A stretch of DNA of 36,722 nt from Octopus sinensis (GCF_006345805.1 NW_021836832.1:1-36722); one strand, 5' to 3'. Shown: positions 23,803-35,908, counted from the stretch's first letter. Numbers and translations: made by a program. Notes: generated by a model from the sequence alone, not told the origin.

Positions 23803-24686
23803 AATAAAATGCAAGTGACTTGTCACAAGAGACAAGATAAAAATTAAATCCACACTGAATTAAAGTTCATATATAAAAAGAAATTTTCTACCCCGAAGGG
23901 CGAAAATTACTTTGTTTCACAAGTTAATACTCCAAAAAATTGTACGTGTAAATCCAAACAGAACGAACTAACATAACAGCTTACAGCGTAAAATAATCCG
24001 ACGTAATCCAAGGAAAAATCAGTAGGTGTCGCTTCCGACAATCTCTGTTCGATGGTTTTATTTACCTAGTTTCGGTGGAATACATCCACTTGTTTTCAAT
24101 AATAGAAATATTAAAATAACTAAGTCTCTCTAAAAGAGAACAGCGGCAGCGTTCCCGGAAAATAATAGTTATCGCCATACTAATATGGCATTCTTATAAA
24201 AATAAGAATAAGCTGTCCGCTTATTAGCTCCATGAGGCCATCGCCTTAAGTTAGCTATTTGATACACAAACTGTATCCATAAACCCTCGAACAAGGGAGG
24301 TCAGTCGCTCCACACTACTTGACGGCAGCTACAGACGCGTTTCGGGGTATTGCCCCTTTTCAATGTTTACGATAGTTTTCTCTTTAAACGGAACAAACGT
24401 TTAAAGTTAGAAACGCTCACGAGTTGACGTAACGAATATTTTAGAAATAGATGTCAAATACAATTTCCTACCGAGGATTGCAGAGCATGTTTCTCATGCA
24501 CAGCATGAAATCAATTGATATTGGAATATGTATTAGCTGCCTTCATATTCCATCCAGAAGGTAGATCTATTTTTAAAAATATTTATTACATTGCCCGTGT
24601 GTGTATTTATCGTAGAATTCGTGTTTTTTTTAAAGTTTTCGCTTTGACTTTTAGCAAGCGGTATCTTTACATTTCTTTTCTTCAAA

Positions 24687-24694
24687 TACACACA

Positions 24695-24738
<44 letters not shown>

Positions 24739-24890
24739 TATATATACATATATGTATATATATGTGTATATAAATATATGTATATACATTATTTATATAC
24801 ATATATATATATCATATATGTATATACATATATATAATACTATATGTTATACATCTAACATAAATAATAGTACTCTATATATATATAATA

Positions 24891-24940
<50 letters not shown>
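24687..24940. repeat. Compound (CA)n/(TA)n microsatellite
   Basis: Directly visible. Confidence 0.93.
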
Positions 24941-24942
24941 TG

Positions 24943-25230
24943 GGAAGGCGTAATGGCTCAGTGGTTAGGACAGCGGGATCGTGGTTTCGAATCCCAGAGC
25001 GGGCGTTGTGCGTGTTTATTGAGCGAAAACATCTAAAAAGCTACACGAGGCTCCGGCAACGGGTAGTGTACTCTTTCGCCACAACTTTCTCTCACTTACT
25101 CTTACTGTTTCTTGAGTAACGTTGCGATGGTCTGGCGTCCCACCAGCTGGGGAACCCATACGCCACAGAAACCAGGAAACCGAGCCCATGAGCCTGGCTA
25201 GGCTTCAAAAGGGCAAAGAAAACAAAAGAA
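24943..25230 (+). mobile_element. SINE family C variant with a different 3' tail
   Basis: Head and first ~170 bp match 3628-4010 (with deletions), then the sequence diverges to GCGATGGTCTGGCGTCCC...GCCACAGAAACC...GAGCCTGGCTAGGC. Confidence 0.75.
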
Positions 25231-25764
25231 TTAGGAATCTTACTACGAAGTAAAGCCCATGTCCTTCCTCTGCCTGTTTTCTAGTATTCTTCCATTTGGT
25301 TTAACAGAGCACCAGAAACTAACAGTCGTCCCTCTCCATTTAGTATTTGAGTCCTTATATTTCCATGTAGCAATCGAGATGTTTTTTCTCTGCCACGAAT
25401 CTTTCTCTACAGATCACCAGTAGTACAGTTATTGCATCGACTCTTATGAGAGACAGTTAGCAAGGTCAATGTTAACCCAGGCTGTTACCAGTCCGGTTTT
25501 GAGTTATATCTTAGTTTGTTCATCAACAGCATACTCATATGGCATGTCTTGGACATGTGGGTGAATACTCGGCGACGCCCGTCCATCTCCAGGTTTAACC
25601 GCAAACAATTCCCTTATTTGGTGACACAAGACATACGGGCATATTTGCAGCAGCACATATACAAGACTCCTAGTGCATTGAAACATGTAATCGAGGTTCA
25701 ATTTCGCATAGAGGGTCTATTTTGAAATATTAAAAAAAAAGATAATGCGCTATTATATGCCACC

Positions 25765-26260
25765 AATTAGAGTGCTTCGTAGATGAATTCTCCTGGTTGA
25801 CGACGGAGGTCATGACCCAGCCAACGCAGACGTCTCGTTAGGATGACTTGTAGGAGGGAGGTGATTCTGCACTGGTGTCGCACCGAATTGTTGGAGACAA
25901 AGTGATGCCATCGGACATGAAGGATGCGGCAAGCGGCGTAGACAGAGGCGATCGAAGGATTCTAGTTGCTTAATATCTTTCACCCTAATCGGCCATGACT
26001 CGCTGCCGTAAAGGAGAATCGTTCGCACTAGTGCTTGGTTGATCCGTAATTTGGTGGTGCGTCGGATCTCAGATCTTGACCAGAGTCGTGCATTGAGTCG
26101 GTCGAAGGCTTGGCGAGCTTGGCGGCCATCCAATACTATGTTACGCAAGCATACGCCCGGCTGTTTCTTCTGCAGTAATCATCGAGAAACTGATGGCTTC
26201 AGTGCAGAAAACAGTGGTTTGACATGTTTTTAACAGTGATCAGCGTCGAGGTCTTATGTT
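25765..26260 (-). mobile_element. RTE-clade LINE fragment (post-RT region), decayed
   Basis: ARQAFDRLNARLWSRSEIRRTTKLRINQALVRTILLYGSESW...FDRLCLRR, then after a frameshift ...RRLRWLGH..LRRQPGEFIYEAL. Confidence 0.78.
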
Positions 26261-26584
26261 CACGCTGGTCGATGGTTTCATGAAAGTCATTCGCCGCTTC
26301 TGAATTGTTAATATTACCTTTTGACGTGATTTTTGCATGCTGGATTGAACCGGTTGATCGATGTATGGTGTTTCAGGTGTTAGATGAGGATCAGTAATGC
26401 TCGTTCACTATTTTAATTAGAGAAGGGAGTTCTAGCCATCAGAGATATGCAGGCATCGCTGAGCATATTACATGACTTCAAGGAATCGGCAGCCAGTCGG
26501 TTCTTTGAAGTGGTAAAATACCTTGTGTACAAACTCTAGCACACAACCTCGATATATGGACAAAACTGAGTATAGTAAAATGAT

Positions 26585-26654
26585 GGACAGATATATAGAT
26601 AGATTGATAGATAGATGATAGATAGATAGACTGATAGATAGATAGATGATAGAT

Positions 26655-26685
<31 letters not shown>

Positions 26686-26687
26686 CT

Positions 26688-26718
<31 letters not shown>

Positions 26719-26832
26719 TGATAGGTAGATAGCTAGATAGATAGATAGATTGATAGGTAGATAGCTAGATAGATAGACGCATAGATAGATAGACAGGCAG
26801 ACGTATAAAAAGATAGATAGGTACATAGATAG
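26585..26832. repeat. (GATA)n microsatellite, continuing after the SINE to ~27200
   Basis: Directly visible. Confidence 0.93.
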
Positions 26833-27065
26833 AAGGCGGCGTTTTGGCAGAATCGTTAGCACGCCAGGTGAAATGATTATCGATATTTCGTCTGCCACTA
26901 CGTTCCGAGTTCAAATTCCGCCGAGGTCGATTTTACCTTTCATCCTTTCGGGGTCGATAAATTAAGTAACATTTACGCACTGGGGTCGATGTAATCAACT
27001 TAATCCCTTTGCCTGTCCTTGTTTGTCCCTTCTATGTTTAGCCCCTTGTGGGCAATAAAGAAATA
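26833..27065 (+). mobile_element. SINE family A, monomer inserted in (GATA)n
   Basis: Same head, body and tail as 13974-14206. Confidence 0.88.
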
Positions 27066-27659
27066 AGATAGGTAGATTGATAGATAGATAGATAAACAGA
27101 CAAGCAGACAGACATACAAACAGACAGGTAGCTAGCTAGATAGATGCATAGATAGGTTGATAAATAGATAGTTAAATAAACAGATAAATAGATAGATAGA
27201 TTGAAACTTGATAGTGAAATAAGAATAACGTGATAAAATGTTACAAAGCAAGAGAGAAACAGAGAGAGAGAGAGAGAGAGAAATGGGGGAGGGTAATGGG
27301 GGTGGGTAGAGGGTGAGTGACTGAGTAAGTGAGAAAGCAGTGAATGAGAGAGAGAAAGAGAGAGAGAGAAGCAGGTGAGGGTGATAGATAGATAAAAAAA
27401 AAGCGGAAAAGAACGAAGCAGAAGTGGATGAGTGAGGAGGATGCCGATGGGGAAGGAAGTTAATAATTGGATTATTGTTTACCAAGATTGTGTAATTCCT
27501 GTCGGGTGAATGTGTTCACTTAGTAGATTGTATAAACCAACACATGTTAGTATTACATATATACACACGGCGACGCACTAATACGAATGTACGCACAATA
27601 TACGCAGTTAGACGCTTCGTATTAACAGACGTAAGAAGCGTGTAAGCCTACAGACGTGC

Positions 27660-27836
27660 GTATATGTATGTATGTATGCATGGATGTATATATGAACTGT
27701 ATGGATGTATATATTTATGTTTGTATGCATGATTGTATCCATGTGCCTGACTGTCTGTTTGCTTGTTCGTTTCTATGTATGTATGTATGTATGTATGTAT
27801 GTATGTATCTATGTATCTATCTATCTACCTACCTAC

Positions 27837-27887
<51 letters not shown>

Positions 27888-27904
27888 CCTACCTACCTAC
27901 CTAC

Positions 27905-27969
<65 letters not shown>

Positions 27970-28174
27970 TGTATATATATGCATGTATATATATGCATGT
28001 ATATATATATATATATATATATAAGTATATATATAAGCGTATATATATATATTCTTATATATATATTCTTACATTAAACTAAAAGAAAATTGCACAGATA
28101 TATATGTAATTGCACACACACTAATGCGCAAATGCATTCATTTGTGCATACATATGTATGTACATCTGGATGTC

Positions 28175-28220
<46 letters not shown>

Positions 28221-28470
28221 TACATACATATATACTTACATGCATGCATATATATATATATATATATATAATATATAATATATATATATATATATTTATA
28301 TATGCATATATAAGTACGTATATGTCTATATCTGTAGTCATATATTGTATTATACATCTTTTTATACATACATACATACATACATACATACATACATACA
28401 TACATACATACATACATACATACATACATACATACATACATAAATATATACATATGTACATGCATACATT
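27660..28470. repeat. Compound (TATG)n/(TATC)n/(TA)n/(TACA)n tract
   Basis: Directly visible. Confidence 0.93.
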
Positions 28471-28889
28471 CACATATCCAAAATATACTTTGTACACGTT
28501 TTATGTACATGGTCTGCGTATGTACACATACGTCATTATACAATCGTATTCTCTACGATAGATGGATGTGAGTAAAAGGGGATTATAGAGAATATGGTTG
28601 TTATAATGTTCAGAAAATAGATTTATATGGCAATGCCGAACATATCGGTTCATTCATACGGAATACTCTTTGGTTGTGCTTCAAATTGTGGCTATAACTT
28701 CGCTTTCTACTTCTTCGTTTGTTTTCTCTTGCGTTGTCTCCCTTTTCGTTCTTTTATTTATTTATTTATTTATTTGTTTGTTTATTTATTTTTGTTGTAC
28801 AGTTTTCTTTCCGTGTTTTATGCTAGGAGAGGAGGAAAAAACGAAGATTGGTGGGGTGTGGAAATGGAGAAGAAACGGTGTAGAGAATG

Positions 28890-29320
28890 AGGATGAAGAA
28901 TGAGTGGAGGACGAGGAAGAAGAAAAAGAAGAAAAAGAAGAAGAGGGAGAAGAAGGAGAGGAAGAAGAACGAGAAAAGAACGAGAAGGAGAAAGAAGAAT
29001 AAAATGGATAAGGAGGAGGAGGAAGAGGAAAAGAAGAAATAGAAGAAGAGGGAGAAGAAGGAGACGAAGAAGAACGAGAAAAGAACGAGAAGAAGGAGAA
29101 AGAAGAAGATAGAGAAGGAGGAGAAGGAGGGGGAAGAGGAGAAGAAGAAATAGAAGAAGAGGGAGGAGACGAAGAACGAGAAGAAGAAGAAGAGAAAGAA
29201 GAAGGATAAGCTGGAGGAGGAGGAGGAGGAGGAGGAGAAGGAAGAAGAGAAGAAAGAAGCGGTGGTGGTGGTTGTGGAGGAGGAAGAGAAGAAGAAATAG
29301 AAGAAGCAGCAGCAGTAGCA
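28890..29320. repeat. Polypurine (GAA/GGA)n low-complexity tract
   Basis: Directly visible. Confidence 0.92.
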
Positions 29321-29437
29321 TTAGTAGCAGCTGCTACAGCAACGGAGAAAAGGTTTTTCTTATCAGCATTGGTTCAACTCTTTTACCCACCATAATAAAT
29401 TGTATTCTACAAAATCATCCTCTCTCTTCCTAGAACT

Positions 29438-29458
29438 TCTATAATAATAATAATAATA

Positions 29459-29526
<68 letters not shown>

Positions 29527-29540
29527 CATCATCATCATCA
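29438..29540. repeat. (TAA)n/(GAT)n microsatellite
   Basis: Directly visible. Confidence 0.95.
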
Positions 29541-29796
29541 CCAATATCAAACCATCATCCTCACGACCGCCAGCCTTGCACTTTTTCCCTATTCTCATTC
29601 ATTCTCTCCACTAATACCTTGGCTATCTCCATCGTAACCACGACCACGATGGCCACCATCGCAACCTAGGCCACCACCAACACCACCACCACCACCACCG
29701 GAAATGTGTGACGTGTGAGAAGAGAGGAATACACCCATTAAACCTCCTCCAGTGACGTGACGATTCAACAAGCTGGAGAGATGGTTCCCCGGTGAA

Positions 29797-30035
29797 GCGA
29801 CGTGTAACCATCGATGAAGGTGGCATGTTTTCAGCGGATTAGTCGTGGTTCTGCATACGAAATCATCCACTAGAAGCTTCGCTTCCGTAAGGTCTGTGCG
29901 AGATGGGCGCCAAGAGATCTTACTGAACCGCATAAAACGCAATCGTGTGCAGATCTGTCAACGCTTTACTCGACGCTTCAACGAAGAAGGTGAAGCTTTT
30001 TCGGAGGAAAATAGTCACGGGAGATGAGACCTGGG
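29797..30035 (+). mobile_element. Mariner transposase remnant, N-terminal half
   Basis: RRVTIDE..ISRGSAYEIIH*KLRFRKVCARWAPR...KIVTGDETW across frameshifts. Confidence 0.8.
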
Positions 30036-30175
30036 ACATAAATCAAAAGGACATTTTAAGGGGAGGTTTAAATTTAGATCACTTTAACTCTTTTTGCTCC
30101 CATATTTCTATTGAAATACACTGCCCTGTTACAATTAAGTTTGAAAATAATGAAGAATTAAATAATATATTACGG

Positions 30176-30362
30176 AGATGTACTTGCATAGCGAGTGACT
30201 TGATCTGAGATCGTGTGCTGGAACGAAAACAATTGCAGCGTGGAAGCTATTTAAGAAACACACAAAACTGTTAGATTCACTTCAACATTTAAGTTTAATT
30301 TGTCAAAATAGTTTTGTCGCTAGAGACCACGACCTGTTCACTGACAAAACTTCGTGCTGCAT
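30176..30362 (-). mobile_element. Penelope-like terminal-repeat fragment with degenerate hammerhead (30299-30348)
   Basis: Minus strand: UUUGUCA-GUGAACA-gGUCGU..GCGAC-AAAA-CUAUU-U-UGACAAA, read approximately. Stems I and II are present; the core has at least 3 mismatches. Confidence 0.4.
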
Positions 30363-30426
30363 AATATAGCTTTGTCATAATTAAGCCAGTATTTGGAACA
30401 TAAATTACCAAGAGATTTTGATTATA

Positions 30427-30608
30427 GGCGTAGGAGCGGCTGTGTGGTCAGTAGCTTGCTTAGCAACCACGTGGTTCCGGGTTCAATCCCACTGCGTGGC
30501 ACCTTGGGCAAGTGTCTTCTGGTATAGCCTCGGACCGACCAAAGCCTTGTGAGTGGATTTGTCGACGGAAACTGAAAGAAGCCCGTCGTATATATGTATA
30601 TGTATACT

Positions 30609-30647
<39 letters not shown>

Positions 30648-30719
30648 ATGTTTTTGTGTCTGTGTTTGTCCCCCAGCATCGCTTGACAACCGATGCTGGT
30701 GTGTTTACGTCCCCGTAAC
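30427..30719 (+). mobile_element. SINE family B, 3'-truncated
   Basis: GGCGTAGGAGCGGCTGTGTGG head through ...ACGTCCCCGTAAC; tail missing. Confidence 0.85.
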
Positions 30720-30799
30720 AGTCGCCAGGGTAGGCTATAGTAAAAACAAAAATGGCCAATAAACTCAAGTAAGCAATTCTCAGAAAACGCTAAAGTCTC

Positions 30800-31160
30800 T
30801 TGTCAAACCAAGCGCTACTGTTGCATGACAATGCACATTCACATACGAATGTCCCTTCGTTAAAAGTATTGAGACATTGGGTTTCGAGTTGGTGGCACAC
30901 CCTGCATGCTGTCGAGATCTCGCCCTTTCCGACTATCTCCTCTTTGGACGGCTCAAACATCCTTTACGCTCATATTTCGTCGATTTGCTACAGACAAAGA
31001 AATGCAGAAAAGGTGGCATAAAATAGCTGCACGACCAGCCGAAGCCCTTCTGTGATGGAATAAGCAAGTTTAGGGTCCGCTGGATCCTTCCAGAAACCCG
31101 GGTCCATGCGTATCACGTCAGGTCGATGCATCAAAAAGCAAGGAGACTTTATATTCATAG
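30800..31160 (+). mobile_element. Mariner transposase remnant, catalytic C-terminal half
   Basis: LLLHDNAHSH..GFELVAHPAC.RDLALSDYLLFGRLK..RW..CIKKQGD matches the mariner LHDNARPH and HPPYSPDLAPSDY motifs. Confidence 0.8.
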
Positions 31161-31544
31161 GCTAAGCCCGAAATCGATGCAATTGTTCGATCACTGATTT
31201 TGTTTCAAGGAATTACAGAAACAAAAGTGCATACAACATTTGACTTATCCTAGCATATAGAAATATATATTCTGTAAATAATTTCAATGTATCTAATACC
31301 AAAAGAAAATCATCTTCTTCTTGTTTACTTTCTTCCCTTTTTTGTTGATTTGTTCGCCGCCCCCTCCCCCGCACGCCTAATTCCTCTACCTCCTTCATGA
31401 AACTATAGCATCCATCCTACCCTTCGCCTCCCCCCACCCCCCACCGACGTTTCCTCACTAATTCTTCTATTTTTATTTTACACCTGGTTTTTCCTTCCAA
31501 TTTCCTTTTTCGAAATTAAAAGGAAAACAAAAACGACGAAAACA

Positions 31545-31702
31545 GCAACACCACCACCACCACCACCACCACCTCCACCACCACCACCTCCCCACCACCA
31601 CCACCACACCACCACCACCACCACCACCACCACCACCATCAACAACAACAACAACAACACAGACAAAAACAACTAACCAACATCATCATCAGCATCATCA
31701 TT

Positions 31703-31734
<32 letters not shown>

Positions 31735-31783
31735 TATCATTATTATTATCACTATTATTATCACTATTATTATTATTATTATT

Positions 31784-31818
<35 letters not shown>

Positions 31819-31828
31819 TATTATTATT

Positions 31829-31869
<41 letters not shown>

Positions 31870-31870
31870 T

Positions 31871-31905
<35 letters not shown>

Positions 31906-31914
31906 TATTATCAC

Positions 31915-31950
<36 letters not shown>

Positions 31951-32010
31951 CATTATTATTATTATTATTGTTATTGTTATTGTTATTGTTGTTGCTGACG
32001 TTGTTGTTAT
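31545..32010. repeat. Compound (CAC)n/(CAA)n/(CAT)n/(TAT)n tract
   Basis: Directly visible. Confidence 0.95.
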
Positions 32011-32479
32011 TAAATAGGAACATATGAAAATAAATTAAAGGAAGACATAGAGAAGAAGCGTGTATTTCAAGATTCCGTCCTATAAGAAGTGCCAAGATTA
32101 ATTCGGTTTATGTGACGTTTCTGCCAGCGTTCTGTGACATAATTCACAACCGGAATCGAATGCGTTGGACAATCCATAACGCGGAAACATGCCTCGTTGG
32201 AAACGACTTCCATAAGGTGATTTTGTGCGATTGAAAGAGTTTCTTCATTTATCTCCGCAGCATATGTACGCTCGTGTGTCTATGTGCGCATGCGTGTACG
32301 TGTGCAAGTGTCTGCGTGAGATGTGCATGTGCGCACGTATGTATGTATTTATGCGTATCTTGTGCACTTGTTATACATGCATGGATGCTGGCGTGCTATT
32401 CCATGTGCAAACATGTACGTATTGACTTACCTGCGTATGCGTATGCGCATGTCTACGAAGACATAAATGTATACGTGTG

Positions 32480-32885
32480 TATGTGTAATATGTGTGTGTG
32501 TGTGTGTATGTATGTATATGCGTGTGTGTATATACACACATATATATATTTTTGTATACACACACACATACACACACATATATATCTATATATATATATA
32601 TATATATAATATACTGCATACATTTATATATGCATATATATATATATATGTGTGCATATATAAATGTATGCACGTATATATATATATATATATATATACA
32701 TGCATACATTTATATGCATATATATACATATATATATGTGCATATATAATGTATATATATATATATATATATATAATGATAAATCACAGAGCGAGATATG
32801 CGTCACGATATATATATATATATATATACACATATATATATATATACATATATATGCGCGCACACACACACACACACACACACGA
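32480..32885. repeat. Compound (TG)n/(TA)n/(CA)n tract
   Basis: Directly visible. Confidence 0.92.
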
Positions 32886-33350
32886 ACGCACAAATTAAAC
32901 CTACCGAAATGTTGTACTTAAGTTCACAGTTGTTTTAATGACTTGTAATTGCTCTGCGAAGGAAGCCGCCAAGGTTTTCGAGATTAGATGCGACTGAAAT
33001 AGTCACTTACAGAAACCAACCGATCCAATTATTACAAGTATAAATCCAAAGTTATAGCTTTTGCTTTGCTTGCAGAAACATCGGATTTCTCAATAGACCG
33101 AGCGCTGCATATTTTAGTTTCTCTATTATCGTTAACAGAACGCCGACGTCCACAGGACAAGAGATTTCTACGCGTAGTGATTAAGTCGATACCGTATGAT
33201 TAAGGAACTTTGCGATCATGCGGTTCAGGGTTCAGTCCCGCTTGTGTGGATGGTTTATTGGGCAAGGACCTTTAGCATAGCATAGTCCTGGGTCGAACGC
33301 TATCTTGTGAGTGAATTTATATATTACAGGGTGTTCTGACTAAATTTGTC

Positions 33351-33354
33351 AGAA

Positions 33355-33386
<32 letters not shown>

Positions 33387-33717
33387 CGACGACGACAAAG
33401 AAGAAGAAGAAGAAGAGGAAGAAGGAGAAGAAGAAGACGAAGAAGAAGAAGAAGACGAAGAAGAAGACGACGACGACGACGACGAAGAAGAAGAAGAAGA
33501 AGAAGAAGAAGAGGAAGACGAAGAAGAAGAAGACAAAGAAGAAGAAAAAGATGAAGAAGAAGACGACGACGAAGAAGAAGAAGAAGAAGAAGAAGACGAC
33601 GACGAAGAAGAAGAAGAAGAGGAAGAAGAAAAAGAAGAAGAAGAAGAAGAAGAGGAGGAAGACGAAGAAGAAGAAGACGAAGAAGAAGAAGAAGAATAGA
33701 AGAAGACGAAGAATAAT

Positions 33718-33761
<44 letters not shown>

Positions 33762-33780
33762 CAACAACAACAACAACAAC
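33351..33780. repeat. (GAA/GAC/GAG)n then (TAA)n(CAA)n tract
   Basis: Directly visible. Confidence 0.95.
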
Positions 33781-34135
33781 ATCTACGGCACTAACAACCA
33801 CAACGCCAGCAATCTCTGGCAGTGAAGTCACGCAATACATGAAACCTGGGTCTGAGCTAGACATAGATTACGGCAAACATACTAAACTCTTCAAGTGGTG
33901 TTGTTTTTTTATTTCTGAAAATCTATAACAAAGAACTGTTGGTTTTCCACGAAGAAAACATCACATGATTTCATCTAAATCTTAATCTCCCTCAGTCGAC
34001 AATAACTGAGTGCTGGATTATGTTTTTAATATAATTATATAAGGCTTTTCTTTTCTTTTCTTTTCTTTATTTTTCTACTTTATTTAATAATATAATTAGA
34101 GACTTTTTTTGGTTCTGATCTGATAAATCATTATC

Positions 34136-34471
34136 TAACACACACACACACACACACACACACTCTCACTCTCTCTCTCCCTCACGCACGCGCGCGCACA
34201 AACACACTCACATACTCTCTCTGTCTTCCTCTCTCTCCGTTTATCTAGACATCATTTTATTTATCTCTATACATTTGTCTACCTTTCTTCTTCTACCTCT
34301 CTCGTGCACATGTACGCATACGTACATATGTATATATATATTTATATATATTCATATATATGTGTATGTATGTATATATATATATATATACATACATGTA
34401 TATATGTATAGGTATATGCATGTATGTATGTATGTATGTATGTATCTATCTATCCATCTATCTATCCATCC

Positions 34472-34533
<62 letters not shown>

Positions 34534-34590
34534 TATATATATAGAATATATATATATATTATATATATATATTTATTATCTATCAATGTA
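34136..34590. repeat. Compound (CA)n/(CT)n/(TA)n/(TATG)n/(TATC)n tract
   Basis: Directly visible. Confidence 0.9.
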
Positions 34591-34796
34591 TGTGTATATG
34601 TATTTGACCCATTATTGGTAGAACGTAATTTCCCACCGTTTTGTTATAAAATATTTCTAATGAAATTCAATGTCATTTTGAGTTAACTTTCAAAATAATG
34701 AAGAATTTAGTAAGATGGCTTCACCGTTATTCAGCTGTCATTTGGTGCATAAAGTAACAGACAATTTCAATATATGATTTTGATTTAGCTCACATT

Positions 34797-35395
34797 CTTT
34801 TCTTCTCTAGGCACAAGGCCTGAAATTTTTGGTGAGTGGAGCCAGTCGATTAGATCGACCCCAGTACGCAACTGGAACTTAAGTTATCAACCCTGAAAAG
34901 ATGAAAGGCAAAGTCAGCCTCGACAGAATTTGAACCCAGAACGTAAAGACATACAAAATACCGCTAAGTATTTCGCTCAGCGTACTAACGTTTCTTATTT
35001 CTTTACTGCCCACAAGGGGCTAAATCAAGGGGCTAAAGGGATTCAGTCGATTATATCGACCCCAGTGCGTAACTGGTACTTAATTTATCGAACCGGAAAG
35101 GATGAAAGGCAAAGTCGACCTCGGCGGAATTTGAACTCTGAACATAAAGACAGACGAAATACCTATTTCTTTACTACCAACAAGGGGCTAAACACAGAAG
35201 GGACAAACAAGGACAGACAAACGTATTAAGTCGATTATATCGACCCCAGTGCGTAACTGGTACTTAATTCATCGACCCCGAAAGGATGAAAGGCAAAGTT
35301 GACCACGGCGGAATTTGAACTCAGAACGTAACGGCAGACGAAATTCGGCAACGCATTTCGTCCGGCGTGCTAACGTTTCTTCCAGCTCGCCGCCT
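34797..35395 (-). mobile_element. SINE family A, three-unit multimer
   Basis: Three body units. 16-bp TSD TGATTTAGCTCACATT at 34781-34796 and 35396-35411. Confidence 0.88.
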
Positions 35396-35717
35396 TGATT
35401 TAGCTCACATTAAAACCGGAAGGTTGTATCATAGGGCCGTGGGCGATCTCAAGCGAAGGGACTCTACAAAGTTTCCGTCTACCAAATGCATCTACCAGAC
35501 ATTGGTCAGTCTAGGGCTTTATTAGAAGACATTTGTCCAAGGTGCTGCGAGTTGAGATCGAACCTGAAGTCAAGGGCTTCTTATCAATACAGTCATGCTT
35601 AACTTCCTTTTAGTTTTTTTCTAATTACTTTTTCTAAAGCTGATTTAGTTATCAAAGTTAAGATCACTGAAGAGCATCGTTTTTCCGTGGAACATAAATT
35701 AGCACGGAATTTCAAAA

Positions 35718-35908
35718 TATTGGGTTGTCCAGAAAGTTCGTGCCCATTCCATAGTAGCTTACCTTTTGACTTATTTTAGAACATGGTTGAATCCATAAAA
35801 TAGGATTTGACTACACCTCCATTTAAAACACAGTTTAAGCGATCTTTTCGTGGAAGAAGGTTTATGTTCCTATAACCTGTGTTAATTCTGTAACCCTTTA
35901 AAATGGAA
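35718..35908 (+). mobile_element. Mariner-type terminal fragment
   Basis: TATTGGGTTGTCCAGAAAGTTCGTG resembles a mariner TIR. No matching right TIR was found. Confidence 0.4.

Larger units (their letters stand above)
18651..24019 (-). mobile_element. Full-length Tx1/L1-group non-LTR retrotransposon (~5.37 kb), frameshifted
   Basis: 17-bp TSD CAGTAGGTGTCGCTTCC at 18634-18650 and 24020-24036. ORF1 has a CCHC knuckle. ORF2 has APE (VVLVG.FNTIID), RT (NYRPITLLNVELKILAK, KAFDRVDH, QGCPLSPLLY, YADD) and a degenerate C-terminal CPR..TVQHAFVHC. AATAAA lies at the 3' end. Confidence 0.93.
18408..24363 (-). mobile_element. Non-autonomous HHR-like direct-repeat element (Penelope pLTR/retrozyme-like, ~1.6 units of ~370 bp) split by a nested Tx1 LINE
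   Basis: A ~210-bp direct repeat lies at 18408-18620 and 24161-24365. The whole composite is flanked by an 11-bp TSD TGTTTACGATA (18397-18407, 24364-24374). The minus strand carries GGGG-CAATA-CCCC-GAAACGCGT(T/C). Confidence 0.7.

Noticed and set aside
28818-29321. Leu-rich and Arg-rich ORFs
   Set aside because: Translations of a polypurine low-complexity tract.
33346-33699. Poly-Glu/Asp ORF
   Set aside because: Compound GAA/GAC microsatellite that runs into (TAA)n. No splice signals or unique coding flank.
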